Assembly: GCA_018000835.1 (NCBI GenBank)
Contig: JAGNJD010000006.1
Location: 52 to 64,051 of the forward strand
Reading direction: 5' to 3'
DNA length: 64,000 nucleotides
Source: Candidatus Goldiibacteriota bacterium
GTDB taxonomy: Bacteria > Oederibacteriota > PGYV01 > DSYL01
A program made the translations under genes and the position numbers. Below the pieces are notes generated by a model. The model ran no database searches. It saw only the letters and a list, made by a program, of their open reading frames with translations, and was not told the origin of the DNA. Below are positions 37,781 through 47,546 of the stretch, piece after piece. Each line of letters starts with the position of its first letter. Position 1 is the first letter of the stretch.

Positions 37781-39208
37781 TTATGAATACAAAATAATTT
37801 TTTCGCCTTCCTGCATTATATAATCCAGATCTTTTATGGATTTTGCTTCTCCATATAATCTTACTATCGGCTCGGTCCCGGATAGTCGTATCATAATCCA
37901 CAAATCTTCGCCAAGAATAAATTTATATCCGTCTTTTTTGTTTATTTCTTTTACTTCATATTTGCCTATTTTTCCGCCTTTAAATTTTTTTAATTTACTT
38001 ATTAATTTTTTCTTTCTATCGTTACTTATTCTATAATTTTTTCTCACATTAAAAAACGGCCCTGTTTTTTTCTCCAGTTCCTTCAAAAGTTGTTTTATGT
38101 TTTTTTGATTTCTTGCTACCATCTCAACGATCAGCAGGCATGCAACAATGCCATCTTTTTCGGGAATGTGCCTGTGAATTGTAAGTCCGTTTGATTCCTC
38201 GCCGCCAATAATGATATCTTCCTTTGTCATTATTTCTCCTATATATTTAAAACCGACCGGCGTTTCGTATAACTTTATGCCGTGCATGGCAGCTACCCTG
38301 TCAATCATGTGCGACGTTGCAACTGAACGTATTGCAACGCCTTTCCAGCCTTTTCTTGTTTTCATAAGATAATCAAGTAAAAGTGGAAGAATTTTGTTTG
38401 CCGGAACGTAAGAACCATCCGAATCTATTATGCCATACCTGTCCGAGTCTCCATCGGTTGCAATTCCAAGAATTGCTTTTTCTTTCTTCACCGTCTGAAT
38501 CAGGTCCGGCAGGTTTTTTTCGGCTGGTTCCGGAGGATGACCTCCAAATAAAACGTCTCTGTAATCATTTATGACTTTTACCCTGACTTTTGCTTCGCAT
38601 AAAAGTTTGTCAAGGTAACCCCTTCCGGTTGCATATAACGGGTCTACGACAATTTTTAATTTTGATTTTCTTATTACGGGAAAATCTATCAGTTCCTTTA
38701 TCCGTTCAAGATAATGCGTGGAGGGCTCAAATATTTTTATCATTCCATTTTTCTTCCCTTCGTTAAAATCCATTCGTTTTATTACTTTTGTTTTCCTTAT
38801 ATTTTCTTCTATCACGTCTGTTTCTGCCGGCGTTGCAGGTCCACCCCATGATGGAGAAAACTTGAGGCCGTTATATTCCGGTGGATTGTGTGATGCAGTA
38901 AAATTAATGCCACCGGCTGCTTTTCTCCTGATTATTTCAAAGGAAATCACAGGCGTTGGAGTATCCCTGTTACACAAAAGAACTGGAATATCGTTTCCCG
39001 CAATTACTTCTGCCGATGCTTCTGAAAATTTATCCGATAAAAATCGTGCATCTCCGCCAATTATAACCGGTTTTCCTTTTTCTTCCGGCCGCGATTTTAT
39101 ATAATCTGCTATTGCCTGGGTAACAATTCTTACATTTTCAAAAGTAAAATCATCTGATATTATTCCACGCCAGCCTGACGTTCCAAACTTTATCCGATAT
39201 AAACTCAT
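37781..39208 (-). CDS. Alpha-D-phosphohexomutase (phosphoglucomutase/phosphomannomutase family)
   Basis: The start is taken at MSLYRIKFGTSGWRG behind AAGGAGG. Active-site TASHNPPEYNG and metal loop DGDSDR. Confidence 0.9.
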   Translation of the reverse strand: MSLYRIKFGTSGWRGIISDDFTFENVRIVTQAIADYIKSRPEEKGKPVIIGGDARFLSDKFSEASAEVIAGNDIPVLLCNRDTPTPVISFEIIRRKAAGGINFTASHNPPEYNGLKFSPSWGGPATPAETDVIEENIRKTKVIKRMDFNEGKKNGMIKIFEPSTHYLERIKELIDFPVIRKSKLKIVVDPLYATGRGYLDKLLCEAKVRVKVINDYRDVLFGGHPPEPAEKNLPDLIQTVKKEKAILGIATDGDSDRYGIIDSDGSYVPANKILPLLLDYLMKTRKGWKGVAIRSVATSHMIDRVAAMHGIKLYETPVGFKYIGEIMTKEDIIIGGEESNGLTIHRHIPEKDGIVACLLIVEMVARNQKNIKQLLKELEKKTGPFFNVRKNYRISNDRKKKLISKLKKFKGGKIGKYEVKEINKKDGYKFILGEDLWIMIRLSGTEPIVRLYGEAKSIKDLDYIMQEGEKIILYS

Positions 39209-39451
39209 GTAGTCCTCCTTCAATAATAAATCGTAAACAAATATTATATTATTTTGCCTTTTTTTCAAGTAATTTTTGTCTGCAATTCATCGGCAATATC
39301 TATGATTGCCTGTTAAAAAATATAAATTCAGGATAATTTATTTTATATCGTTTATTTTTGCTGCATATTAATCAGATAAACAAAAAGTTAAAAAAAGAAT
39401 AATTGATTATATTTACATACGATTTTTCCTGACAGCAATATTGACAGGAAA

Positions 39452-41044
39452 CTATATACTCTTAAATATAACATGATAGGCGGACAGAGGCGGCATGTCA
39501 ACCGAAAATTTATTTGATTTAATTGCCGGCGCATCTTTTAAAGTTATTTTTCCTTCTGTTGTTTTATCAAATCCGAATATTTTTATAGTTTTATATTTAT
39601 TTGGGGATATAACGGTGACTCTGGCCGTCCGGGTATTCGTCAGATCCTTATTTATTAAAATAACGTGCAGAACGTTTTTGTCATTTCCATCAATGGACGC
39701 ATACGTTGTCATTTTTTCAACGTCAGACGACTTTGCAGAAACGTTTATGTCTCCATAGACGCCGCCATTACCATCGTAATTCCTGTATAACCGAAATGCA
39801 GCGAGTGAATATGCACCCCACTCACACATCCAGTAATTTGCCATATATACTCCATATTTCCCAAAAATACCAAGGACATCAGCAAGTGCCACACCACCTG
39901 ATGGATGAAATCCTGCCCCGTATTCATATTCAGTTATTGCGAGTTTTGTTCCAGGATAATATTTATCTATCATCTCTTTTAATCTTGGAATTAAATATAT
40001 TGGACAGTGGCCTGAAGAACATATCCAGCTTGTCTCTGTATATTCCCTGTCCCATAACGAACGTGGCGCCTGAACACGCGCTTCTGAAGTTTCTTCTGCA
40101 TTTCCCTGTGTGAAAACTATTCTTTTTCCGTTTCCCTGTGCTTCCGGATACCAGTGAACGTCAAGAACATCAAGAAGACGTATACCATCTTTATCTGATG
40201 CTTCTTTCATTCTGGCAAGATAATACGCTAAAAACCAGTCATATTTCCATCTTGCTTCATAAAAATCAGGGGCATCCTGAAATGTCCTGAATCCATTAAA
40301 TCCGTAGGAAGCAGGACCGAATACATCGGCATTAGGGTCCTTTTTCTTTACGACTTTTGCAGCAGAGATTGACTTCTGGATGTATTCTTCCACCCCTGTT
40401 TTCTGTGGATGAATTCTTGGATGCGTAGATGCCCATAAATCAGGTTCATTATCAAGCGCATATCCTTTAATGCCGGTGGGGGTGTTTGCACTGCCAAATT
40501 TATTTATTAAAAAATTAAGTTCCTCGTCAAGGTAAACGTAATCGTCACTTTTATCAGGATTTAAATTTAAATCACCGCCTTTTTCAAAAACAACCGTAGC
40601 CCATCTTTTTGACGGAGCAGTTTCCTGCTGACTTACAGGCCCGTTTTTATCCTTTGCAACATATCCTGCCAGTTGCAGCGTTATCAGTGAATATGCATTT
40701 TTTGAAAGCGAGCGTTCATGAAAAACGGTAATTAATTTACCCGGTTCTTCGTTATTTATTCCGGGTTCGTTCAGCCAATCCATCATGTAATTATCGCTGT
40801 AATGCTGCCAGTCAGAACCTGCATTTGACGCATTGTTTTCCCAGTTATAACCGGTCATTCTGTTTCCGCCAAGTCGTCTTGACGTTATTTTGACGTCCGG
40901 TGCTATATCCTGATTTATGCCATAAATATATGGAGATATGGGAGTGTTGTTAGATTCAGTATTAATGGTAATATCAACCGCAAAAATATTGGAAATAAAA
41001 AACAGAAAATAAAAAAATACCTGTATTTTTTTAACGTTTGTCAT
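39452..41044 (-). CDS. Secreted clan GH-A glycoside hydrolase, GH44-like (endoglucanase/xyloglucanase type)
   Basis: Signal peptide; RLGGNRMTGYNWENNASNAGSDW; acid/base LDNEPDLW; nucleophile LAITEYEYG. Family assignment is from memory of GH44 motifs. Confidence 0.6.
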   Translation of the reverse strand: MTNVKKIQVFFYFLFFISNIFAVDITINTESNNTPISPYIYGINQDIAPDVKITSRRLGGNRMTGYNWENNASNAGSDWQHYSDNYMMDWLNEPGINNEEPGKLITVFHERSLSKNAYSLITLQLAGYVAKDKNGPVSQQETAPSKRWATVVFEKGGDLNLNPDKSDDYVYLDEELNFLINKFGSANTPTGIKGYALDNEPDLWASTHPRIHPQKTGVEEYIQKSISAAKVVKKKDPNADVFGPASYGFNGFRTFQDAPDFYEARWKYDWFLAYYLARMKEASDKDGIRLLDVLDVHWYPEAQGNGKRIVFTQGNAEETSEARVQAPRSLWDREYTETSWICSSGHCPIYLIPRLKEMIDKYYPGTKLAITEYEYGAGFHPSGGVALADVLGIFGKYGVYMANYWMCEWGAYSLAAFRLYRNYDGNGGVYGDINVSAKSSDVEKMTTYASIDGNDKNVLHVILINKDLTNTRTARVTVISPNKYKTIKIFGFDKTTEGKITLKDAPAIKSNKFSVDMPPLSAYHVIFKSI

Positions 41045-41525
41045 ATTTTTTATGATACTCTTCTATTATTTTATCTGCTTTTTTATGATTCCCCAGATAC
41101 CTGTATAAACGCGCATAAGAATCCATAACGTTTGGGTTATCCGGCTTTAATTCGTATGCTTTTTTCATGTAAGGCAGTGCTTTTTTATATTGCTCCATTT
41201 TTGCATAAACAATCCCGATGCTATACCATGCGTCCCATGCGTCTGGATTTAATTTAATGACTTTTTCGTAATATTTCAATGCTTCTTCATACTCTTCTTG
41301 TTTTTCCAGTACGTATCCGAGTTTAAATATGGCATCTTCATAATCAGGATAAATTTCAATCGCTTTCTTTAAATATTTTACTGCAATGTTTAATTCACCA
41401 TTGCTGTTTGCATTTACTCCCTTTTCATACCAGTCCCTTGCCTTGGGGTCAATTTGTTTTTCCTCGGCAAATAAAAAACAAACAAAGGAAAATATCATGA
41501 TATTAATCAAAAATATTTTTTTCAT
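41031..41525 (-). CDS. Secreted TPR-repeat protein
   Basis: Signal peptide plus three or four 34-residue TPR units (AxxYLKKAIEIYPDY..., ALKYYEKVIKLNPD..., ALPYMKKAYELKPDN). Confidence 0.8.
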   Translation of the reverse strand: MKKIFLINIMIFSFVCFLFAEEKQIDPKARDWYEKGVNANSNGELNIAVKYLKKAIEIYPDYEDAIFKLGYVLEKQEEYEEALKYYEKVIKLNPDAWDAWYSIGIVYAKMEQYKKALPYMKKAYELKPDNPNVMDSYARLYRYLGNHKKADKIIEEYHKKYDKR

Positions 41526-41686
41526 AATTTACGCCTCTTTAATTAAAATTTTTTTATTTATTTCCTTTATAAACCAGCCAAGCTTACGTTTCCCTGCTTC
41601 CAATGATACCGTGCGTGACAATTTTTCAATAATCAATAATATATTTAGACGTAAAAAAACAATTTTTTGTTGCTTATATTTAATTG

Positions 41687-41714
41687 TTGACTTTTAATCT
41701 TTTTTCCTTATAAT
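41687..41714 (+). promoter_or_regulatory. Sigma-70-like promoter of the rpmH operon
   Basis: TTGACT (41687-41692), 16-nt spacer, TATAAT (41709-41714). Confidence 0.5.
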
Positions 41715-41763
41715 TATAACATAAAATTTTAAATTTAAAAATTAAAAATTGGAGATATGATTT

Positions 41764-41904
41764 ATGTCAAAAAGAACGTTTCAGCCGCACAGGAAAAAAG
41801 CAAAAAGGAAGCACGGCTTTTTAAAGCGTATGTCAACAAAATCAGGCAGAAGCATTTTAAGTAAAAGACGCAGAAAAGGCCGTAAAGAATTAACCAGGAT
41901 ATAA
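41764..41904 (+). CDS. rpmH: 50S ribosomal protein L34 (46 aa; below the ORF-track cutoff)
   Basis: Hand translation gives [53 protein letters not shown] lies upstream. Confidence 0.95.
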   Translation: MSKRTFQPHRKKAKRKHGFLKRMSTKSGRSILSKRRRKGRKELTRI

Positions 41905-41935
41905 AATCTCCACGTTTTAATTAAGGAGTTCTTGC

Positions 41936-42268
41936 ATTTACAAATATACCCCAAAGACGAGAGACATTAAAAATTTAATAAAAAATGGCCGTAAAAAATC
42001 GGATAATTATTTTATCGTTTATTATTTAAAAAATAATGCCGGCAAAACAAGATTTTTTATTGCAAACTTATCCAAAAAAATAATTCCAAAAAGCAGTGAC
42101 AGGAATTTAATAAAAAGGCGAATAAAAACTATTTTAAACAAACGTAAAAATTCATTAAAAAATCTGGATGTATTGATTATATCAGGACATAAAATTTCAA
42201 CGAACGTAAAATTCAATGAACTTGAAAAACGTTTATTTGAACTATTAAAAGGAATCGGAGAAAAATGA
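41936..42268 (+). CDS. rnpA: RNase P protein component; start codon uncertain (ATT proposed)
   Basis: The open frame reads ...PKTRDIKNLIKNGRKKSDNYFIVYYLKNNAGKTRFFIANLSKKIIPKSSDRNLIKRRIKTIL... It lies between rpmH and yidD, and its stop overlaps the yidD ATG. There is no in-frame ATG/GTG/TTG before codon 80. ATT at 41936 sits 7 nt after AAGGAG. Confidence 0.7.
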   Translation: MYKYTPKTRDIKNLIKNGRKKSDNYFIVYYLKNNAGKTRFFIANLSKKIIPKSSDRNLIKRRIKTILNKRKNSLKNLDVLIISGHKISTNVKFNELEKRLFELLKGIGEK

Positions 42269-42474
42269 GAAAAATAATTGTTTTTTTAATAAACTTATAC
42301 CAGAAAATAATTTCACCTTATCTTCCAAAATCATGCAGATTTTATCCGACATGTTCAGAATATGCAAAACAGGCAATAAATAAATATGGTCTCATAAAAG
42401 GCACCGTAAAATCTGTAAAAAGATTGTTAAAATGCCACCCCTTGCATGAAGGCGGTTATGACCCCGTTGAATAG
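42265..42474 (+). CDS. yidD: Membrane protein insertion efficiency factor YidD
   Basis: LINLYQKIISPYLPKSCRFYPTCSEYAKQAINKYG. Confidence 0.9.
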   Translation: MRKIIVFLINLYQKIISPYLPKSCRFYPTCSEYAKQAINKYGLIKGTVKSVKRLLKCHPLHEGGYDPVE

Positions 42475-42496
42475 ATTTACGAGGAGGTTTTAATAA

Positions 42497-44140
42497 ATGT
42501 CCAACGATGCATCGCGTTTGATTATTTTTATAATACTCTCCGGGATTATACTCTTTGTATATAATTTATTGTTCCCGGTAAAACCAAATACAGCGTCCGT
42601 AACACCCGGACAAACAATGACAACAACAGTTATTCAATCTGCCGCAGTAACGCCTGCATCCCCTTCTATTTCGGCAGTGGACAAACAGCAAAAATTATCA
42701 ACAATAACGGAAAAAACATACGTTGTTGAAAACGATCTTGTAAAGGTATCTTTTTCTTCCATCGGCGCTGTGCTCAGAAGTTATGAACTCAAAAAATATT
42801 CCGACAGTAAAGACGAAAATAAAAAAACGAATCTCGAATTAATCCCGAGCAAAACTGCGAATACCTATATGGCACTTTATTTGAAAGATTTTCCGATAAA
42901 TAAAGATCAGTGGATTTACGTCTCGACGGAAAGAAAAAACGGGACCACTAAAATTTCCTTTAAGTATGACAAAATAAAAAACGTTGAAATAACAAAAGAA
43001 TACACGTTAAACGATGATTCTTACGTGTTAAATCTTAATATTACCTTTAAAAATAAAACAAAATCTCCCGTTATCTTGAGAGACATGAATCTGTCATGGG
43101 GGCCAAACATACATTACCTGCCAGCTGACGTAAATAAAAATAAAGATAGTTTCCGTCCGTATTGTAAAATTGCATATCCGCTAAAAAATAATTCAATTAA
43201 ACAATATCAGATAAATTTAAATGCGAAATCCGATAAAATAACATTACTTGACACAATTCCTCCCTGGATTGCTTTAAGAGACAGTTATTTCATGACAGCG
43301 TTTATTCCGGAAAACGTTTCTGACATTAAAAACGTTTCTTACAGTGAATTAGCCGGCGGTTTTACTTATTTAACGCTGGGTTTAAACGACGTTCTACTGG
43401 AACAAAATTCTTCAGTTTCCATTAAAATTAATTCTTTCACGGGGCCTCAGGAATACAAAAGATTAAAAAAATTAAACATGCAAAACGTCATTGACATGGG
43501 ATGGTTCAGGTTTTTAGGCATATGGATGTTTTATGCAATGGATATTCTTTATGCAATAACAAAAAATTACGGAATGGCCATTCTGCTTCTTACGCTCATT
43601 GTGCGTTTGATTTTATGGATTCCTTCACAGCAAAGCTACAAGCAGATGAAAGATACGCAGTCAAAAATGAAAATCATAAATCCCAGACTGGAAACGCTTA
43701 AAAAAATATATAAAGACGATCCGCAAAAATTAAACGAAGAAATGTTAAAATTATACAAAGAATATAAAATCAATCCGTTGGGCGGTTGTCTGCCAATGCT
43801 TTTTCAATTACCGATATTCGTTGCTCTGTATCAGACGCTTATTTCAATGGTTGAGTTAAAAGGAGCTTCTTTTATGTGGTGGTTAAAAGATTTATCCAGG
43901 CCTGATCCTTTTTACATATTACCAATTTTTATGGGAGTTACCACGATAATTCAGCAAAAGATGTCACAAACAACTAACGTTTCAACCGAAAATATGACGC
44001 AACAAAAAATACTTATGTATGGTATGCCTATTTTTTTAACCGTACTGGCTTTGTCATGGCCTTCGGGTCTTTTACTTTATTGGGGGATGTCAAACGTTCT
44101 TGCTATTGCACAACAAATGCTGGTAAACAAAACTAAATAA
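42497..44140 (+). CDS. yidC: Membrane protein insertase YidC
   Basis: 547 aa. Large periplasmic P1 domain, then the conserved 60-kDa IMP core (NYGMAILLLTLIVRL..., INPLGGCLPMLFQLPIFVALY). Confidence 0.9.
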   Translation: MSNDASRLIIFIILSGIILFVYNLLFPVKPNTASVTPGQTMTTTVIQSAAVTPASPSISAVDKQQKLSTITEKTYVVENDLVKVSFSSIGAVLRSYELKKYSDSKDENKKTNLELIPSKTANTYMALYLKDFPINKDQWIYVSTERKNGTTKISFKYDKIKNVEITKEYTLNDDSYVLNLNITFKNKTKSPVILRDMNLSWGPNIHYLPADVNKNKDSFRPYCKIAYPLKNNSIKQYQINLNAKSDKITLLDTIPPWIALRDSYFMTAFIPENVSDIKNVSYSELAGGFTYLTLGLNDVLLEQNSSVSIKINSFTGPQEYKRLKKLNMQNVIDMGWFRFLGIWMFYAMDILYAITKNYGMAILLLTLIVRLILWIPSQQSYKQMKDTQSKMKIINPRLETLKKIYKDDPQKLNEEMLKLYKEYKINPLGGCLPMLFQLPIFVALYQTLISMVELKGASFMWWLKDLSRPDPFYILPIFMGVTTIIQQKMSQTTNVSTENMTQQKILMYGMPIFLTVLALSWPSGLLLYWGMSNVLAIAQQMLVNKTK

Positions 44141-44149
44141 AGGGGCTTT

Positions 44150-44791
44150 ATGCAGACATGCATTCGTAAAACCGCACCTACAATATCTCATGCAGTAAAA
44201 GAATTTATGCAGGAAAACAACGCCAGTTTACAGGAAGTAAGCGTATGCCTTTTAAAAGAAAAAGTATTTACGAATAAAAAAGAATACGTTCTGGACCTGT
44301 CGTTAAAAAACAGGTTTACAAACACAGTGCAGGGGATTAATGAAACGGAAATAAAATATGCCTTTAACATCCTTGAAAAAATATTTGCCCTTATGAATCT
44401 TAAATTAAAAATGGAACCCGTCAATCAAAACGGTCTTGTGATTATCAAAATTATCAGCGAAGATAAAGACGGTTTAATAATAGGAAAAAACGGAAAAAAT
44501 CTTTCTTCTTTACAGTATTTTCTTTCAATTGCATTAAATAAAAAATTCCACAGGCAGATACCAATTTTGCTTGACGTGGACTCCTACATAAATAAAAGAA
44601 CGATTTATCTGAAAAATTTTGCAAAAACTCTTGCAGACAGGGTTCTGGAGTCAAAAACCGAAGTCATAACCGATTTACTTGCTTCCTATGAAAGAAAAAT
44701 AATACATGAAGAGATTACAACGTATAATCTAAAATCTTTTAGCGTCGGAAAAGGTCCTTATAAAAAAGTTGTAATCACGGCCATGCTTTGA
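44150..44791 (+). CDS. jag: Jag/KhpB RNA-binding protein (KH + R3H)
   Basis: GKNGKNLSSLQYFL (KH GxxG) and ERKIIHEEI (R3H). Canonical position after yidC. Confidence 0.85.
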   Translation: MQTCIRKTAPTISHAVKEFMQENNASLQEVSVCLLKEKVFTNKKEYVLDLSLKNRFTNTVQGINETEIKYAFNILEKIFALMNLKLKMEPVNQNGLVIIKIISEDKDGLIIGKNGKNLSSLQYFLSIALNKKFHRQIPILLDVDSYINKRTIYLKNFAKTLADRVLESKTEVITDLLASYERKIIHEEITTYNLKSFSVGKGPYKKVVITAML

Positions 44792-44800
44792 TAAAACGTT

Positions 44801-46183
44801 ATGGAAACGGAAACAATTACTGCTTTATCAACTTACCCTTTGCAAAGTGCAATTGCAGTTATCAGAATTTCCGGCCCGCAAACGTTTGAAACAATTAAAA
44901 AAACATTCGTCCCTAAAAACGCAAAAAACGGAAAAAATTTTGTTTCATTACAAAGATCCGTTGGATATATAAAAAACGAGAAGCAAATTATTGATGAAGT
45001 TGTTTTGTCCCTGTATAAATCCCCAAAATCGTATACCGGAGAAGACATGGCTGAAATTTCCTGTCATGGAAACCCGATTATAATAAACAACGTTTTGAAT
45101 CTGCTGGTAAAAAATGGTTTGAGAATTGCCGAACCCGGTGAATTTACCAAAAGAGCTTTTTTAAACGGCAAAATGGATTTATCACAGGCAGAAGCAACCG
45201 CAGATGCCATATCTGCCCAGAATGACGCTGCCTTAAAAATTGCACTTAATCAGTTGCTTGGTAATGAACATAAGGTAATTGAATCTCTACGTACTGATAT
45301 TTTAAACATATTAACAAAGATTGAGTCCGAAATTGACTTTGCTTATGAAGATGTTCATAAATTTACTACGGAACAAATTATGAAGCAAATTAACGACGTA
45401 ATTAAAAAACTGGATTATCTGATAAAAAACAGCGAATCCGGCGTTTTATTAAAGGAGGGCGTAAAAATTGCGATAGTTGGAGCAGTAAATACGGGTAAAT
45501 CAAGTTTATTAAATCTTTTGTTAAATAAAAACAAAGCCATTGTTACTCACATTCCCGGCACAACCAGGGACATCATTGAAGACATTATTTACATGGACGG
45601 ATTGCCGGTTAAAATATCGGATACAGCAGGAATAAGACAAACCGACGACATAATTGAAACCGAAGGCATAAAAAGAACTTATGCAGCTATTGAATCCGCC
45701 GACATAATATTATTTTTAATCGATGGTTCAAGGCAGATAATCCGGGATGACGTCGAAATTTTTAACAAAATCAAAAATAAACGGCACGTCGTGATCATTA
45801 ATAAAACGGATTTGCCGCAGGTTACAAACGAAACCGGGATAAAAGATGCAATGGCTATTAAAGAAATCAAAAATCTTTTAAAAATTTCGTGCCTGAAAAA
45901 TTCGGGAATAAATGACTTAACAAATTTAATCAAAAATATTATAATAAAAAAGAATGTTTTGGCCGTTGATGAAATTATCGTGGCAAATATAAGACACATG
46001 GATGCCCTGGCAAAAGCCAGACAATTCATAAATGAAGCAGTCGACAGTTGCAAGCGGGATGCTTATGAACTTATGTCTTTTAATTTAAGAAAAGCAGCGG
46101 ATGAAATAGGTTTAATCACAGGCAAAATAACATCTGAAGACGTTCTTGAAAACATTTTTAAAAATTTTTGCATCGGGAAATAA
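44801..46183 (+). CDS. mnmE: tRNA modification GTPase MnmE
   Basis: G1 GAVNTGKSS, G3 DTAGIR, G4 NKTD, and the C-terminal FCIGK motif. Confidence 0.95.
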   Translation: METETITALSTYPLQSAIAVIRISGPQTFETIKKTFVPKNAKNGKNFVSLQRSVGYIKNEKQIIDEVVLSLYKSPKSYTGEDMAEISCHGNPIIINNVLNLLVKNGLRIAEPGEFTKRAFLNGKMDLSQAEATADAISAQNDAALKIALNQLLGNEHKVIESLRTDILNILTKIESEIDFAYEDVHKFTTEQIMKQINDVIKKLDYLIKNSESGVLLKEGVKIAIVGAVNTGKSSLLNLLLNKNKAIVTHIPGTTRDIIEDIIYMDGLPVKISDTAGIRQTDDIIETEGIKRTYAAIESADIILFLIDGSRQIIRDDVEIFNKIKNKRHVVIINKTDLPQVTNETGIKDAMAIKEIKNLLKISCLKNSGINDLTNLIKNIIIKKNVLAVDEIIVANIRHMDALAKARQFINEAVDSCKRDAYELMSFNLRKAADEIGLITGKITSEDVLENIFKNFCIGK

Positions 46184-46184
46184 T

Positions 46185-46709
46185 ATGAAAAAAAAAATAT
46201 TAATCTTACTCACGGTCCTTTTGTCTACGACGATTATTTATTTTTGGGCAACAAAAAACAAAAAAACAAAAAATGTCACGATTACCGCGGGCAGTTATGC
46301 AAAGGATTTTGTTATCGGCATGAAAGAATCGGTCATCTACAAGCTGTCCGATTTTACGGGCAAATATAACGTGGTTCTCGTATTTCTTGATGCGTCTCCA
46401 ATGTCACATAAAATAATGAATATTCCTGAGGATACCGGTATAAAATCTTTTTTGCGCCGGAATGATGACGTGCTATGGTTTAACGTTTTCATGGACGATC
46501 CCCGCCATTTTGTAATTGAAGAAAAAACAAAAAAAATAAATTTATTATACAAAACTTTACGATCAAACATTCCGGATTTTTACGATTTTAAAAATTTTCC
46601 TTCCATAGTTATAATTGACAAAAGCGGTATCGTTCATCTTATATATTCCGGTTATTCACCCACCATCGCACATGACATTCTAAACGCCTTAAAAGTTATA
46701 GCGGAATGA
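46185..46709 (+). CDS. Membrane-anchored thioredoxin-fold (TlpA/redoxin-like) protein lacking the CxxC pair
   Basis: The start is taken at MKKKILILL. AKDFVI...YKLSDFTGKYNVVLVFLDASPMS occupies the place where redoxins carry WCxxC. PSIVIIDKSGIVHLIYSG matches the redoxin C-terminal strand. Confidence 0.5.
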   Translation: MKKKILILLTVLLSTTIIYFWATKNKKTKNVTITAGSYAKDFVIGMKESVIYKLSDFTGKYNVVLVFLDASPMSHKIMNIPEDTGIKSFLRRNDDVLWFNVFMDDPRHFVIEEKTKKINLLYKTLRSNIPDFYDFKNFPSIVIIDKSGIVHLIYSGYSPTIAHDILNALKVIAE

Positions 46710-47062
46710 ATAAAAAAACAAAAATACTTTATTGGGGACTTCTTGTTTCTGTTGTTTTTTTATTAATTGGAACTTTTCTAACCGTTGATGCTTACTTTGG
46801 CATTCACTCAGTTGAAATTGCAGCAGGTCAGATAGAATTTATTAAAAATCTGCCTTATTGCATAGACGCAGGGCAAAAGAAAAAAATACCATTATATAAG
46901 GAAATTTCTTTTTTAAAAAAACACACATTCGTTGAAGGCTATGTGACATCGTCTATCTATGAAAATACATCGTCTTTACTGCTTGTTGACGTTACGCTAA
47001 AACGACCCGGAATTTTTGATACAGATTTAATCTGTTTGATTGATATGAGGAGCAGGAATTGA
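46706..47062 (+). CDS. Hypothetical N-terminally anchored protein
   Basis: 118 aa with a single N-terminal TM segment. Start overlaps the upstream stop by 4 nt. Confidence 0.45.
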   Translation: MNKKTKILYWGLLVSVVFLLIGTFLTVDAYFGIHSVEIAAGQIEFIKNLPYCIDAGQKKKIPLYKEISFLKKHTFVEGYVTSSIYENTSSLLLVDVTLKRPGIFDTDLICLIDMRSRN

Positions 47063-47544
47063 GAAAAAGAAAAATAATTTTTTTATCCCTTGTTTTTTTC
47101 ATAATTTTAACCATGCAATTTACTTTTTTTCTTTTTATCGTAAAAATAAACAATTTACATAAAACACTTAACGTAAAAAATGACTTTTATAAAACGTTGC
47201 TGCTTTCCGACAGCGTTGAAAATGAAATAAAAGGATTCATGATAAACAAAAATTCCTTTGTTCTGTCAATGCCATCCATAGACGTAAACAGAACTTTTAT
47301 TTCAAACAGCAGGGATTTCGTCGTCATAACTTTTGATAAGCCTTCGGTTTTTTTTACATTACTGCCTTCTGAATTTAGTTCCAGGAAAAATAAAACCATT
47401 CAGGTTACAAACGTCCGATCAATGCAGATTGCGGACTGCGGTTTTATTGATTTTTCATGCAACATAAATAATGAAACCGTTGAGTCCATCTTTTACGTCA
47501 ACAAAGACGTTAATTTACTTCCAATTGACTTTAAGGTGTTCTGA
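47059..47544 (+). CDS. Hypothetical N-terminally anchored protein
   Basis: 161 aa, single N-terminal TM segment. TTG start overlapping the upstream stop. Confidence 0.45.
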   Translation: MRKRKIIFLSLVFFIILTMQFTFFLFIVKINNLHKTLNVKNDFYKTLLLSDSVENEIKGFMINKNSFVLSMPSIDVNRTFISNSRDFVVITFDKPSVFFTLLPSEFSSRKNKTIQVTNVRSMQIADCGFIDFSCNINNETVESIFYVNKDVNLLPIDFKVF

Positions 47545-47546
47545 TA

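Noticed and set aside
41526-41763. rpmH upstream region as oriC (the classical dnaA-rpmH neighbourhood)
   Set aside because: dnaA is absent from the window. The 238-bp gap shows a good promoter but no DnaA-box cluster that I can see.
41932-41970. TTG at 41932 as the rnpA start
   Set aside because: It is only 3 nt from the SD, is in a different frame from the conserved RnpA sequence, and terminates after 12 codons.
42022-42216. Track ORF 42022..42216(-), 64 aa
   Set aside because: It lies antisense to the rnpA frame, has low-complexity AT-driven sequence, and has no SD.
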